This document shows positions 38,148 to 53,660 of a DNA stretch of 64,000 nucleotides, in pieces. Within the stretch, counting starts at the first letter, position 1; each line of letters begins with the position of its first letter. Where the stretch lies: NCBI RefSeq assembly GCF_009914755.1, contig NC_060926.1; one strand, 5' to 3'. The translations under genes were made by a program, and so were the position numbers. The notes under the pieces were generated by a model that made no database searches, was not told the DNA's origin, and worked only from the letters and a program-made list of their open reading frames with translations. The stretch comes from the human T2T-CHM13v2.0 reference genome, Homo sapiens.

Positions 38148-40079
38148 ATCTCTATCTTTCGTTAGCCAAGAGAAAACACACAAAAGAAAAATTTACTTTG
38201 AAAATAAAAATATAAGCATGCAAAATAAAAATTTACTTTGGCCCAATGGATAGAAAAAGGCAAAAACTATAGATAAATAGATTTTGCTTTCTGGACAAGT
38301 AGTTGGAATAAATGGTAGTCTATATTCTCAGACATGCAAAGATGCCATCTTCCTTTGTTTTGATAACAGAATTTAATTTTTATTTCAGCATCCCCTGCCC
38401 ACCCTCAGTGCTGGAAATGCATTCTCAGGCTACTCAGTGACTTCACCTTTTAGGAGGTGTGTCCACATTTGGTGCAGACTTTTCCTGTTTCCAAGGTGCT
38501 GAGCATGTTTGGATGGGGTTATCTGGCCTTCAGTGCCGTTACCTAGCCACACTGACCAGTTTTAACATCCCAACTCCATTGACTACATAGTCACCAGTCC
38601 ACAGGGGATACCACTTGCTCTGTGTCCACTCTCATTCCAATGGAGGGCTTCCCAGGACAGCTCTCTGTGCCTAGGGCAGGCTGATTGCCGGTCCTGGAAA
38701 ATATGAAACTCAGGCTCATCTTGGTTTCCTTTTACCTTCACCCTCAGACTGGAATTAGAATGGAGTAGAAGTATAAACAAAACGATGTTCTCCTCAGCAA
38801 GCATTCTCTCACTTTTTTCTTTCTCACCTCATACCCTATTTTTTTGAAAGATAACGTTGAGTGTTATTCCCCCTTCCCCAAATTCTGCTGAGTCACACTT
38901 TTTCATTTAGAACAAGCCTGGCAAGCCCTAGCAGCTTTCTGAATGGGGCAGTTTTCTGTATAGAGGGAAGCTGTTTAATATTTCAGAATGTCCTCCTTCC
39001 AGAAGGACTATCCTATTGCCAGAGCTGCAAAGTTGCCTTGCAAGGTAGTGAGTCACTCATCACTAGACATGATCAGTCAAAGGCTCATCAGTCACTTGTC
39101 TCATAGGCTGTTGAAAATTTTAAGCAATATGTTAGAGGCTGGCTCAGTAGAAAGTGGGATTAAGCCAAGACAATGATAATAACCTCTGGTGTTTGTTAAA
39201 ACATTCACTGATTTTCTTACCCTGCTCTGAGATGCACTAAGTTAAAATCTAAAGGGGCAAGAGACATGGTTGACATTTTGAATAAAATCACCAACTTATT
39301 GTTATCCAGCCATATTTTAAACGCACTGGCATTCCACTTGATCCTGAGATATTCAGAAAAAGACTTATTCTAATCAATACCCACAAAGGCTTACCAAACT
39401 GGGCACATTACATTGTTCCTGAAAGCAACATATAACCACTGAAGACTCCTTTTGTTTATGTTGTTAATAACAGATGTGGCAAAGAAACATCACACATGCT
39501 TGGTTAATATTATCAAAACAATTATTCATTTATTCATCTCAGCTCAGTGTACTGGTGCAAGCTGGCTCTATAGATCTTGCAGGCATGGCCTTTATGAGTG
39601 CATAAACAGAAACCTGTGTCACATGTAATAAATCATCTCCAAACCCTCGCGACTCAGTGAGTACTGACGGGAGATATGGGGAGCCTAACGTCTGATAGAC
39701 TCTGCAGAAAACTGAGATTCTAATCATCTAGGAGGCAGTGATATGAAAGTCTGATCCAATTACTTACATTTTCCAGAATACCCAGAGTGGAGGCAGAGTC
39801 TTGCCTTTTGTTGAATGGCAGTCTGACATGCACCAACACACCAACATGCAGGAGCTGAAAAGACGAAAGTGAGATGCTTTGATTGGAATTGTTTTTATTC
39901 AATTAAGCAGTGAAGCTAACCTATATAATAATATGGCATGATGTTCAAGCCTAATTCATTTTCTAGGGTTTAATGAAGAAATTAAAATGTTATAAGAAAG
40001 AGCCTTAGTTCTATGTTAAATTTTTAAACAGCTTTGTTAAAAATCAAATGCTTTAACTAAGAAACTATTCAATTTCATT

Positions 40080-40285
40080 GAGAGCCTGGATTCTACAGTC
40101 GGTCCCCCAATAGCCACTTTGTTGAGTGGCCCTGGGGGTGTTACTTAAACTTTCTTTGCCTCAGTTTTCTTAACCATAGCTGATGAGGGGAATAGTGCCT
40201 ACCTCATAGAATTGTTGAAAGGATTAAAGGAGTTAAAATGTAATGGCTTTGGAACATCCTCTGGCACTTAGTAAACCCTGTATTA
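40080..40285 (+). mobile_element. MIR SINE
   Basis: GTTACTTAAACTTTCTTTGCCTCAGTTTTC...CCTACCTCATAGAATTGTTG. Confidence 0.8.
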
Positions 40286-40621
40286 TCACCTACCTTTTCT
40301 TTCAACAAACATTTATTAAGTGATTATCAAGTGTCAGGTAACAGAAAATTAACAATAAATCAAACACACTTCTTCCTTCTGTTCAAGAAGAGAGTTGTTT
40401 AAAAGATAGACCCAAGTATGTGTTAATCAAAAGTTCGCAGTGCTGAGGTGGAGCCACTCATGATTCTACCAGGAGTGACGGCAGCTGCAGGTCCCAGGAA
40501 CAACATGGAATAAGTGTTGGTTGAGTGCCTCCTGTTTCCCACATGGTGTTCTACAGTTTCTATTCTGTGAATTCTCAAAGCTTTGTAGGAGATATTGTCT
40601 CCTTTTATGAGAGAAATGAAG

Positions 40622-40732
40622 ACAAGGAAAGGAAGGAAGAAAGGGAGGGAGGGAGGGAGGAAGGAAGGAAAGAAAGAGAAGGAGGGAGGGAGGAAGGGAG
40701 GGAGGAAGGAAAGAAAAAAGGAAGAAAGGAAA
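40622..40732 (+). repeat. (GGAA/GGGA)n polypurine tract
   Basis: About 110 nt of almost pure A/G. Confidence 0.9.
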
Positions 40733-41279
40733 ACTCAGAAAATTCATGTAAATTTTATGTTACATGACTGTTAAGTAGAAAAAGGCAGAATATGTAGTTT
40801 TAAAATTTATGTTTTTGACTTTTTTTCATTGAATCTTTTAGAACAAAGAGATTTTCTATGGCTGACTAATCTATATGATTTTTCAACCTGTTGGTGAACT
40901 ATAAGATTGCTTTGTGCCGTGGACTTGAATTCTACTTTTCTTGGGCAAGACTGATTTCAGAATTAATTTAATTAAAGAAACCAAGCAGCTATGTTTAGAA
41001 ACATTTAAAGATATAAAATTGTCTTAAGAAACCAAGGAATATAGGTGGGTAGAAACCCAGTTCCTTCCAGTAAACCCTTGCTTCTAAGGTGCCTTACCTG
41101 GCCCATTGAGAATCCATTCCACAAGCAGAGCTGGCTGGGCATCTCCTCTCTGCTGAGATTCGAAGATGTAAACAGAAATTATAAATTCTCCTTGCTGTCC
41201 AGGAACGTGTGGCTACAGCATATCAAAGAGGGTCTTGGAAACCCTGGACATTCAATATTTGAGGCAATCTTCCATGCCT

Positions 41280-41915
41280 AAGTTTAAAAAACATTGCAGG
41301 ATTTAGCAAGATGAAAAAAGAAAGAAATCGGGGGAAACAGCAATCTAGGCAGAGAGAAAACAACGTGAGCAAAGGCACGTGTTGGGACACGATAAAACAA
41401 ACAAAAAAGCAAACAGACATGGAATCGGTGGTGGTGGTAGGGATGGTAAGCAGTTCTGGACATGATGAGAGATGAATATGAGAGGAGGGAGCAGCCATGA
41501 AGATTCTGGGTGTGTGTTTTGAGTCAAGAAACAGAAATTGTGCTTTGTCTTCTAGATGATAGAAAGCCTTCTAAGAGTTTTCAGCTAGAGAGTAGCATGG
41601 CTGTATGGCAAGTCGCTGGATCCTTCTGGAAGAAGCAAGCATCTAAGGAAGCCAGCCCAGGAGAGACAGGACTCCTGCAGAGGCTCAAGGGAAAGATGGA
41701 AGAGTCTGAAGGAGGAGAGGGGGAGTGGGAGGTGAAGAGTCATTTGAGAAGGATTTCAGAGGCAAACTTGGGAGGACCTGGCAGGTGATCATAGGGAATG
41801 AGGAATATGAGTGAAGAGGGTCACAGGGAAATGTTAGTTTTCTAGACTGGATGGCCGGGGTGGTGATCATGTCTACTGAGATAGAAAACATCAGAGGAAT
41901 AGGCTGGTTTTTCCA
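41280..41915 (-). mobile_element. Degraded L2
   Basis: GCAAAGGCAC, GAAAGCCTTCTAAGAGTTTTCAG and TACTGAGATAGAAAACA are L2 antisense-like blocks. Confidence 0.5.
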
Positions 41916-43219
41916 GTAGAAATTTTTTAAGTTAAAAAATATGTTATTATTCAACATAAAGAACTAAAATAAAAGAAGTACATGAAGATTAAAGGTTCAA
42001 AAAAATTTTAAAAAGCACTCACACTCTCTCTGAGTAAAATTTGTATTTCATTCTGAATACCTACATATGTATATACAAACATAACAGATATAGATAAGGT
42101 ATAAATGTCATATATGTATATAGCTATTTATGTATGTATGCATTTTTCTACAGAAAGAGAACATAAGCATATTAGACATAACTTTTTAAATCAATCATAT
42201 TTTTAAAAATTACCTGAAACTAACAAATGACAAAAGAATTAAAGAAAAATGAAATGTAAATATTTAAAATAAACATTTCTTTACAAGAGCTATGTTTCTA
42301 CAAGAACTCTCCAATGTTTCGAAAAAATATGTGGATCATTAGGAATATGAAGTTATTAATGTTTATTTTTAATTGCATGCTTCGTTATTTTTCTGCATCT
42401 ATTGACTTCCTGCTATGAAACGTTTGAAAAATGAACACACTTCTTTTCACCTTCCCTCTGAGAGTAAGATTTTGAGTTCATTTCTGGACAAATTAAGTTT
42501 GTAGTGGCTGTGAAATTTTTCAAAGGAGGTGGAGAACAGACAGTTGCATAATTTTGAAATATGGGATTGTGAAGAGAGGCCCAGGGAAAGTAAGGAACAA
42601 TCAAGGAAAAAGGAGATCCTGAAGAGTTAGAGCTTATAGAACTCAGTGGTTCCTTATGAAGAACCAATCCAAAAGAAAGCCAATGGAAATCCCCCATTAG
42701 ATTTGGCAGTGGGAAGGTACCAGTTGCTCCTGTGAAGAACTGTGCAGATCAGTGTCCAGGGGCAGGAAGCACTAGGTGGGGTTTGAATGGGATTGCGTTG
42801 AATGGGACTGAATGGAAGGAAGAGGGCCTCACCAGCCATGTGGACACATCATTCAAGAAGTAGTGTTACACACGATGGAATAACAGAAGTCCATACAAAT
42901 GGTGAGTCTAAAAGGATATTCAGTAACTTGGAAAATGTTTTAATATGGATTGTTAAATTAAAAAAAAATTATGAACATTTTGTAGAGAATAAAATATATT
43001 ACCCTGATCACTAGCTATGAAAATTCTTCGGCTATTATTCTGCTATTATTATCTTTTTTAAACATTATTTTCTCAATTTATAATTTTTTAAAAAAATATA
43101 TGTCTTTACACAAGGAGGACCTGTGTGGACTTTGAGGGTCTATTGGTGTCTTTATGGAGTAACTGGAGAGAAGGCTCACCACGTAGACCCTTTATGGGTC
43201 ACTGTTAAGATACATTTTT

Positions 43220-43873
43220 TTTAAAATTTATTTATTTATTTTTATTGATCATTCTTGGGTGTTTCTCGCAGAGGGGGATTTGGCAGGGTCATAGGACAAT
43301 AGTGGAGGGAAGGTCAGCAGATAAACAAGTGAACAAAGGTCTCTGGTTTTCCTAGGCAGAGGACCCTGCGGCCTTCCGCAGTGTTTGTGTCCCTGGGTAC
43401 TTGAGATTTGGGAGTGGTGATGACTCTTAACGAGCATGCTGCCTTCAAGCATCTGTTTAACAAAGCACATCTTGCACCGCCCTTAATCCATTTAACCCTG
43501 AGTGGACACAGCACATGTTTCAGAGAGCACAGGGTTGGGGGTAAGGTCACAGATCAACAGGATAAGAATTTTTCTTAGTACAGAACAAAATGAAAAGTCT
43601 CCCATGTCTACCTCTTTCTACACAGACACGGCAACCTCCGATTTCTCAATCTTTTCCCCACCTTTCCCCCCTTTCTATTCCACAAAACCGCCATTGTCAT
43701 CATGGCCCGTTCCCAATGAGCTGTTGGGTACACCTCCCAGATGGGGTGGTGGCCTGGCAGAGGGGCTCCTCACTTCCCAGTAGGGGCGGCCAGGCAGAGG
43801 CGCCCCTCACCTCCTGGACGGGGCGGCTGGCCGGGCGGGGGGCTGACCCCCCCACCTCCCTCCCGGACGGGGC
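43220..43873 (-). mobile_element. SVA retrotransposon, 5'-truncated in the VNTR (SINE-R plus ~3 VNTR units)
   Basis: TTTATTGATCATTCTTGGGTGTTTCTCGCAGAGGGGGATTTGGCAGGG (SINE-R end); GGACGGGGCGGCTGGCCGGGCGGGGGGCTGACCCCCCCACCTCCCTCCC VNTR; TSD GATACATTTTT at 43209-43219 and 43874-43884. Confidence 0.97.
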
Positions 43874-43889
43874 GATACATTTTTCTGTC

Positions 43890-44265
43890 CTTTTTTCTTT
43901 TTAATTTTTGTGGGTAAATAGCAGGTGTATGTATTTATTGGGTGTGTGAGATGTTTTGATACAGGCATGCAATATATAATCATCACATCATGGAGAATGG
44001 GATATTCATCCCCTCAAGCATTTATCCTTTGTGTTACAAACAACCCAATTATAATCTCTTAGTTATTTTTAAATATACAATAAAATTAGCATTGACTACA
44101 GTCACCTCGTTGTGCTATGAAACAGTAGGCTTTATTCATTCTTTCTCTCTATATATATTTTGGACCCATTAACCATCCTCACCTCTTCTCACGAACCAAA
44201 ATCCTTCCCAGCCTCTGGCAACCGTCCTTCTACTTTCAATTTCCATGAGTTCAATTGTTTTGATT
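43890..44265 (-). mobile_element. L1MA-like 3' end
   Basis: GATGTTTTGATACAGGCATGCAAT..CATCCCCTCAAGCATTTATCCTTTG. Confidence 0.85.
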
Positions 44266-44763
44266 AAAATGCGTTTTTTCTATAAGATGAGGGCTACCAA
44301 AAGACAGAATACGTAGTCACTAAATGAGTGACATTGGATAGGGCAACGTCATGATTTATTATCCAAATAAGCTCAGTTGGTAGAGTGAAAAGAGGCAGCA
44401 ACCAACTGGGCCTCTGAGCAGGCCTAAACTGACAGGCTTGTGTGAGCTCGCAGGACATCTGGTCCCCCCAGGCACGAAGGACACAGATTGGAAGTCCTCA
44501 TTCCACACTTCTCTAGTGTTCTGAGGGCTTGAAATTGCCATAGATGATGATTGTTTTGGATCAAAGGTTTGAAGTTTTCTTTAAAATGAAAGTATGAGAT
44601 AGGCACCTCTGTAAAAGATTAGTTACAATAGTTTTACCAGATTAGTCGAATTCCCTGAGGGTGTTTGAGAAATGAGACATTGTGTTAGGCAACAGGAGGC
44701 TGTGCTAATGAATGAACTAAAGTAATCATGGCCCAATACTAGAAAACTTTCTCTCTTACTCAT

Positions 44764-45180
44764 TGTTTTAATTTCCTATGGGTGCTCTAAAAAAATACCA
44801 TGAGCTGAGTGGCTTTAAACAAGGGAACTTTATTCTCTCAGGATTCTGGAGGACAGAGACCGAAAATCAAGGTGTCACTAGGCCATGCTCTTTCCCTGGG
44901 CTCTAGGAGAGAATCTGTCCCATGCTATGCTCTTAGTTGCCAGTGTTACCGTCAGTGCTTTGAACACATCACTCCAGTCTCTGCCTCTGTCACCGCATGG
45001 GCTTCCCTCCGTGTTCTTCTCCTCTTCTTATCAAGACACCAGTCATGTGGATTAGTACCATCCAATGTCCTCCATCTTAACTGGATAACACCTACAAAGA
45101 CCCTATTCCCAAATAAGGTCACATTTGCAGGCACCAGAGGTTAAGGCACTATTTAGGAGGGAACAGTTCAACCTACAGCA
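44764..45180 (-). mobile_element. MLT1 (B/C-like) LTR
   Basis: TTCTGGAGGACAGAGACCGAAAATCAAGGTGTC...AAAGACCCTATTCCCAAATAAGGTCACATT. Confidence 0.8.
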
Positions 45181-45732
45181 GAACTTTGGGTCAAGAAGCC
45201 AAATAATTTTTAGAGATCAAATAAGATGGCACCAAAAGCCCCAGTGACGTGGGTTTAAAAGTGACAGAAGATGATCAAACAGAGTGTGTAGGAAAGAGGT
45301 CATGAGAAGTTTATCTCTGAAAGGAAGGAAGCTGGAAGGAGGTGAAGGATTGAAAGGAGGAGATTTAAATATGCATAAAAGCCAGTAGTAAGAATCTAGT
45401 TGAGAAGGTAAGTTTTAATATAAAAGAAAAAAAACAGTATAAACATCACATTAGGCAGCCAGAAATAAATCCAAACCATTGGCGTAGGCCTCAGCTTTGG
45501 GGAGGAGAAATGACCCTTCTAGCAAAAGTAGAGGAATATAACAGGATCCTGATAGGTTTATACTGCAACTTACAAAAATGAGAAATGTGTAGGAGTTCGA
45601 GCAGGAGACTGGCTCACTGGGGTGGGCTGGGGAGGAGGCACTGGTGGGAGAGAGGAGCTTTAGGTAGGAGAGAAGGCTGGTTATGGTAGACTGGCCATAT
45701 GGTAGAGTGGCCAGGAAAATGGAGTTGCCAGG

Positions 45733-46398
<666 letters not shown>

Positions 46399-48255
46399 CT
46401 AGGGCTGCTGAAGGCCAAATTGAAGTGGTTTCTGAGACCAGAACTTAAGACTCGTATGTGGCATGGTCTTGCAAATGGGAAACCTAGAAGCTGGAGGCTT
46501 GAAAACAAAAAATAAATTAATTGATTAATTTAAAAAAATCAAATGGACAAACAAGTAATGCCTGGGTTTGTGAGCTGAGGGACCTGGGGTCTAGCGAGGT
46601 ATAAAGTACAAATGTTGTTTCCTGGTGATCCCTCACCCTCAGCAGCCAGGACTCTCAAGCAGGCTTGGTTCACCCAGCTCTGCTGCTTGACAAGCTCATT
46701 CCTACCTCCGTGATGCATTTCTTCTCCCCACATTAACCATAAGGTCCACAAACATAAGAATCACGACTTTCAATTGCTTTTGGCAGCACTCAGGATGATA
46801 CTGTATGTTATATATATAGGAATTGATCCATACGCATTGCTAGATGGATTTTTGGCCCGTATTTACATATGTGTAAATATATATGTAGATTATACATAAT
46901 ATGAAAATGTACATTCTATTCTTAATTGGTGGAAGTGTATCTTAATTATTTACACATTGTACTGAAGTTATACAAGTGAATTCTAGTTAAGAGATATGAT
47001 AATTTCCTAACAATTTTGCTTTTGTGTTTTTTAACATAGGCTTTCCTGATGATTTTGATAATCCAATCAATGAAAATTAATTAGATAACCTTTTCTAACA
47101 ATTGTCAATGTCCTAATTTTATCTAGTATTTGGTGTTCATTTTCAATTTTTCTATTTCCAAACAAAAAAGAGTCTTCATTTTTGAATATACAGTAAAGTT
47201 TCTTAATGAACAGGCATTAAATGTGGAGTGATATAGTGGTTGGATTCTTGAAAACATCACTGTAAATTGTCTCTATGAAAGATATAATCAACAGTGTTTC
47301 ATCATTTGAAATAACTTCACAGTGAATACTCCTGTGAAGTACAACACACACACATACAAATCCTTTCATAGTATAATCATCCTTCAGCTTGAAATTTTCC
47401 TATTGATTACACATCAATATGTAGAATTTCCCTAAAGGAAGTTTCACCTTAAGGGGCAAAGATGGAATATTAATCTCTGTATCCTCCTTAGTGCCTGAGG
47501 CACAATGAGCACTATTATTGCTTAATTAAATTTAATTTTAACAAGGCTGAGCTAAGCTTACCTTTGCATTAAAAACAAAAGACAATTTGCTGTGAAAGTT
47601 AATAATGTCAGCCAAGGAGCTATTCAGTGTAGCATATAGAAAAGACTGCTCTCAAATACTTGAGAGGCTGCTAGTATGATACAAATATTGATCCACTAAT
47701 TTCCAACCATTCATTATAATTCATTAAAGTAGGGCCAAAGGACCTTTCCTAGGAATCACTCACCACTGGACATAGGATATGAAGTTAACAAATGTTTTTT
47801 CTTAGGACAAAAATCACCCTTTGTCTGCTACTGCCATCACAACCGCCACCATTACCACCACATACACAGAAGGACAACACTGTCTAGCAAGGTTTCTTAA
47901 TGCTAGTTGATTTTTCTTTTCTTCCCTTTCCCTCCACATACTTTGTCTGAATCTTAGGTCCTTCTGTACTTTTTTGCAACACTTAAGAACCAAACTGCCT
48001 TGACAAAGATGGTTTTTCTCTTTCATTTTCTTATTTCCCCAAAGTAACAAACTTAGTGCTAACAAATATTTTGTCTGATTTTATAGGACAAGATATTCCA
48101 ACATTGCTTTAAACAATGATCTCTTTTCAGTCCTTACAGATTCCCTTTGCACCAAGATGCCAGATTTAGAAACCCTCTGTGCAGACTTACAGCAGGTTTA
48201 AATACTGCACCCCCAGGAATGGCAGTGGCCAGACAAACATTGAAAATAACACACA

Positions 48256-48654
<399 letters not shown>

Positions 48655-48988
48655 CTATCACTCACTCACTCTTAACAGACATCGCTCCAAGACCTTCCTC
48701 CAGACACCCCTACCAAAGGGGTCAAAGGACCATTTCAAAAGATAGTGCTGCGCTATTCTGAAAGAGCATGAGTGTGACGTCCCCTGGCCCTGTCATGCAG
48801 CAGATCTGTCCCTACTCATTCATCAGCTCATCACCTCCTTCATCCGTGCAGTAAACAGAGATGAACTGAGCATGTGAAGGGTCCCAAAGAAGGTCATGCA
48901 ACCTGTCTTAGTTTGCAAAACTGTAAAATGGAAATAGAAATACCTTCTTCCTAGAACTGATTCCAGTACCAAATAAGAAAACTTGTAG

Positions 48989-49384
<396 letters not shown>

Positions 49385-49629
49385 TAACTTTCAGTGATCA
49401 GGAGCCCAGTGACACTCACTCCTTTGGGGAAACATTTGCTTGGTCTTATGAGTTGCTGCCTTCTGAAGGCAGATCTTTTGGAGGGGATGGTTTTCTCCTG
49501 TTCTGTTCATTAAGTGGTGGCAGAAATGTGGCCGTGGAGGCATCAAATACATGCGCTATCATAGTCTCTGGGATGAGGCATGGTCTTTGGGATGAGGCCC
49601 TAAGATGGTCTCTGAGGGAACTGCTGAAA

Positions 49630-50262
49630 CAGAGACCTGAACAAAATCAGGACAAGGGCTTAGGTCAAGAGAATCAGCATTTGGTGACATGAGACAGAGG
49701 AGTGATGGAGACCTGAACCTTGCAGGGTAATCAGGAAATACCCAGAGAGATGAGGAGAATCAGGGCATGGGACGGCTCAGGATGTTCTGCATCAGAAGAC
49801 ATACCTCAAGCTGTGCTGCTGGGTGGGCCGCTCCTATGAGCTTCCCCTAGAGGTATTCCAGAGCACAGAGACAAGAGCTGTGCTCCGTGAGGACATGAGG
49901 GTGACCCAGGCATGCATTCACCTTCCTGGAAAATTGATGGAAAAGAAAGGAAGTAGCAGGTTGTGGCTCAGTCAGAAATGAGGTGCAAAGAAGAGGGACC
50001 CGGGCATTTGTCCCTTTTGCCCCAAGAAGGGGAGAGGCCCTGCCTGGAAACACTAACATAACTGCAGCACAAAGAGAGACCTGAAGACCACCATCCAGTG
50101 TTTCCCAGCTTTTATTCATAGAGCACATCAGTATCTACAGACAGAGCTCACCCAGGGCGGCCCCAGCATAGCTTGAAGTGGCGATTTCACTGCACCCAAC
50201 ATTTCTATTTTATCTCAAGTTTTGTTTTAAAGCTTCATGTGAAATTGGCGTTATTTTCATAA
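49630..50262 (+). repeat. Donor segment of a local duplication
   Basis: 49630-50019 matches 55285-55676 inverted; 49993-50262 matches 55685-55955 direct. Confidence 0.95.
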
Positions 50263-50417
50263 CATGTTCATGTTTTTTCAATATAAAAACATGTTTTAAA
50301 TTTGTTACTCATTACTTATTTAGGGATTTTTCCTCATTTTCAAGGACTATTGATACTCCAGGAAGATTCTTTAATTCATCCCATGAAGTACTTACTGGAA
50401 ACCTCTATGTTTTGGAT

Positions 50418-50715
50418 CAGTGATCTCCAATAGCTCCCCAAATATGCAATTTTAAGTTCTGTAAGTTTTCTGGTAACCACAGTTAAAACATAGGATGAAA
50501 TTAATTTTACTAATCTATTTTAACTAAGCGTATCTGAAATATTATGTCAATATATAATTAGTACAAAAATTGATAATGCGATTGTTTTCTCTCCAGCAGA
50601 AGTCTTCACGTTTCAGTGTGTACTTATACTTCTACCACATGTCAATTCAGACTAGCCACATTGCAGGCACAAAATACCCAAAAGTTCCTGGTGGCCACCA
50701 TATTGGACACAGTTC
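50418..50715. mobile_element. MER3/MER33-like hAT MITE
   Basis: CAATTCAGACTAGCCACATT...GTGGCCACCATATTGGACA. Confidence 0.65.
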
Positions 50716-50884
50716 TAGATACTGTGTATGTCCACACAGATATAAATATTTACTCTTATATGGCAATATATGCTGCAAAGGACAATCACATTTTTTTTTT
50801 CAGAGAAGACCATTTTTAAGATGTAATATGAAGCCTATTATCTTAAGAGTGAGGAGTCGGCCTACAAGGAGAAGGGGAAGAACA

Positions 50885-51580
50885 TAACAGGCAGAGCAGA
50901 TGTTATCTGTGAGGATTCTAATATTGGAAAGAGCCATGTGCATTCAGGAAATTGAAAGAGGCGAGTGTGTCCCAAGCTGAGAGTGTAGGAAGGAGTGATA
51001 CAAAGTGAGGCTGGGGAAATAGGAAGGGGTTTGATTATGCAGGGCCGTTATACAAAGTTTAGGTTTAATTTTAAATGCACTGGGAGGCAGGGGATGACAC
51101 GATCTGATTTTTACCTTAAAAAATTATTCTGACTATACTAATGAGATTGGAGACAGGAATTCTGCTAGGAGAGAATGGTGTTTTGGTAAAGTCCTGGAAG
51201 TGGTGATAAATAAAGGATTAGAACTGGAAGGACCCAATGTGGCAGGGGTGAGGATCAGATGCTAAGATGACTTCCCCATCTTTTTCTTATGCAATTGGAT
51301 CGATAGAAGGAAGGATGGATGGATAGATGAATGGTGGAGGAATTTACTGTGATAGACAACTCTGAGGGAGCATAGGGAATATTGAAATGATATTATTTGC
51401 GCAGGCTCTTCTAAATGCTTCACATCGATACATTTGTTTAATTTTTACTGCCATCCTATGAACTGGTATGCTATTGGCACCCGTATATTACCGATGAAAC
51501 AATAGCCAGAGTTTATGGTTAGTAAGTGGTAGAGCTAGGATGTGTACAGCTCAGTCTGACTCCAGATCTGGACTCTTCAC
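50885..51580 (-). mobile_element. L2 fragment followed by MIR
   Basis: GACACGATCTGATTTTTACCTTAAAAA is L2-like; TAGTAAGTGGTAGAGCTAGGA..AGTCTGACTCCAGA is MIR-like. Confidence 0.6.
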
Positions 51581-53544
51581 CCCTAGACTCCACTGCCAAT
51601 TCAATTCAAGTGGCCTGTGAGATATTCTATGTAAGTGGAAACTTTATGTAGGTTGCCCAGGTGGGAGTTATGGGCAATTCGGTGGAGAAATCCTGAGCAT
51701 TCCGGATGAGAGGAAACCCTTGCATTATGTTGTTTCTGTGCCCTCGTGTAGTTCCAGGTACACTGATAGTGACGTGTGCCCAGTGGGTGCAGGGGGTATT
51801 TTCCATTCTTCCCATTTAAATGTGAAGACACTGAGGCCCCAAGTGTTTCAGAGACTTTCCCAAGCCACCCTGTAAAGGGCAGGGCCAGATAAGCTCCTGG
51901 TTTTCCTGGCACTTGCTCCCACATTCTCTCAGATGCACCTGAGGACATTTCTGTACAGCACGTTGGAAAAAGCGTGAGAAAGATTTTGAAGATTTTCCTA
52001 GATAGCCTCAATTGGGCAATTGCAGTTTCTCAAGTTGATCACAGCTAGTGTTCCAAAGAAGGAACTAAAAAATAATGAAACCTAAGCACGCTTTGTCTTT
52101 TTATTTTTTATTTTTTTTTGGAGAAAATGTGTGCAGTGGAATTTATGTTCCTATTTATTCAAGGGGAAGCACTCAGCCTGGTACTTGTTGAGTGAAAAGG
52201 ACAAAAAAGACTCCAGAATTCACGCCACCTAAATGCAACCCTAGAAATAGGGTGGGTTTGCTTCCTCGCGGAGGCCCAGTCTTGGAGCCATGGCACCAGC
52301 TGCAGGTTCTAGAGAAAGAGGGGCCAGGATCAGCCAACCCGGGTGACAGTCCTTGCTTCTGCAGCTGCCAGCTCTGTCACTTAGGAAGGTCATTTAGCCT
52401 GTTGAGCCACAGTTTCCTCATCCATTAAAAGGGAGAATCCTTACATTGCCTGCCTAGTGGGCTTGTTGTGAAGCTCAGATTAAATGAGGGAAATGAAGGC
52501 AGTGGCGGAGCCCTGTAAATTGCAGAGTCTGCTGGAGATGGATGGGCACCCTGTGGTTCCGATAATGGAGGGAGGCTGTCGTCATCATTGTGGTCATCAT
52601 TGTCTTCAGCTTCCCGGTTACGGCAGTTAGGATATCCTAAATTTTATGTGATGGGGACTTTACACACTATTTTATCCCATTATCACAACAATATTTCAGG
52701 CTAGGGGTTATCTCCATTTCACAGATGTAGGAGGTGAGCTCAGGGAATCATAACTTGCCTCAACTCCCTAAGTTAAAGGGTTCAGATGCAGGTTCCGGTC
52801 CAAGCCCTGTCTCTCTAAGCCTGTGCATTTATATTGAAGCACACTGGTTCCTTCTCCCCAGATTACTTTCCCCAGAAGCAAACACCACCTGTGGAGGCCC
52901 TTCCCATTTGGCCTCCACTGGACCTTGCTTGCTCAGATTTCAGCCAGTCTGTGGGAACTGGGCAGCCTGGCAGGCGAGATCAGCCTATTCAAGGTGACCT
53001 GCTGTCCTGAGGGCATCCGCTGACTCAGTGCCCTAGCTGCTACCTGCAGTCACTCTCAGCAGCAGACCCTCAGGGCAGACTTCAGAGGTGAAGCTCCCCC
53101 AGGCCTGGCAACTCTCCTCTCTACCCTTGGACAAGTGTGTTGGAAGCCAAGCTGACTGCAGTGGGAGAGCCAGCTCTCTGTCGGAGAGCTGTTGAGGGCC
53201 TAGAGTCTATCCGGCTGAGACTCAGCGAGACCTCCTTTCACTCTCTTCTCCTCCTTACCCATATGTAAGGCAGGGCCAGGGTGGCATGGACCGTGACTTC
53301 CCAGGGCTATTTACCCCAGGCCTGTCCCCACTCTCCTAGAGCTCTTCTTCTAGGAAGTGGACAGAGCATGATGTACTTCACAGAACTTCATCCCATCCAT
53401 TCATTTCTTTCTGCTCCAGAAACATCTGTGCAGGAGGCAAGAGGGATGGCTAAGCCCATTTGCCACCAAGGAAACCATTGTCTGCTGAGGGAGGGCCTTG
53501 GGGTCAGCCTGACCTGGATAACACCCTACATTATTATTTAACCT

Positions 53545-53660
53545 CCTACGTGATTTGGGCAAGTTACTTAAGCTCTCTGAGCTTTAGTTTCTTCCTCTGT
53601 AAAATGGGGAGAATAGCACCTGCCTCTCGGGACATGTGAGGCAAAAATGAGGAAATATGG
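53545..53660 (+). mobile_element. MIR core
   Basis: TTGGGCAAGTTACTTAAGCTCTCTGAGCTTTAGTTTCTTCCTCTGTAAAATGGGG. Confidence 0.85.

Noticed and set aside
43249-43904. Overlapping ORFs
   Set aside because: SVA SINE-R/VNTR-derived frames
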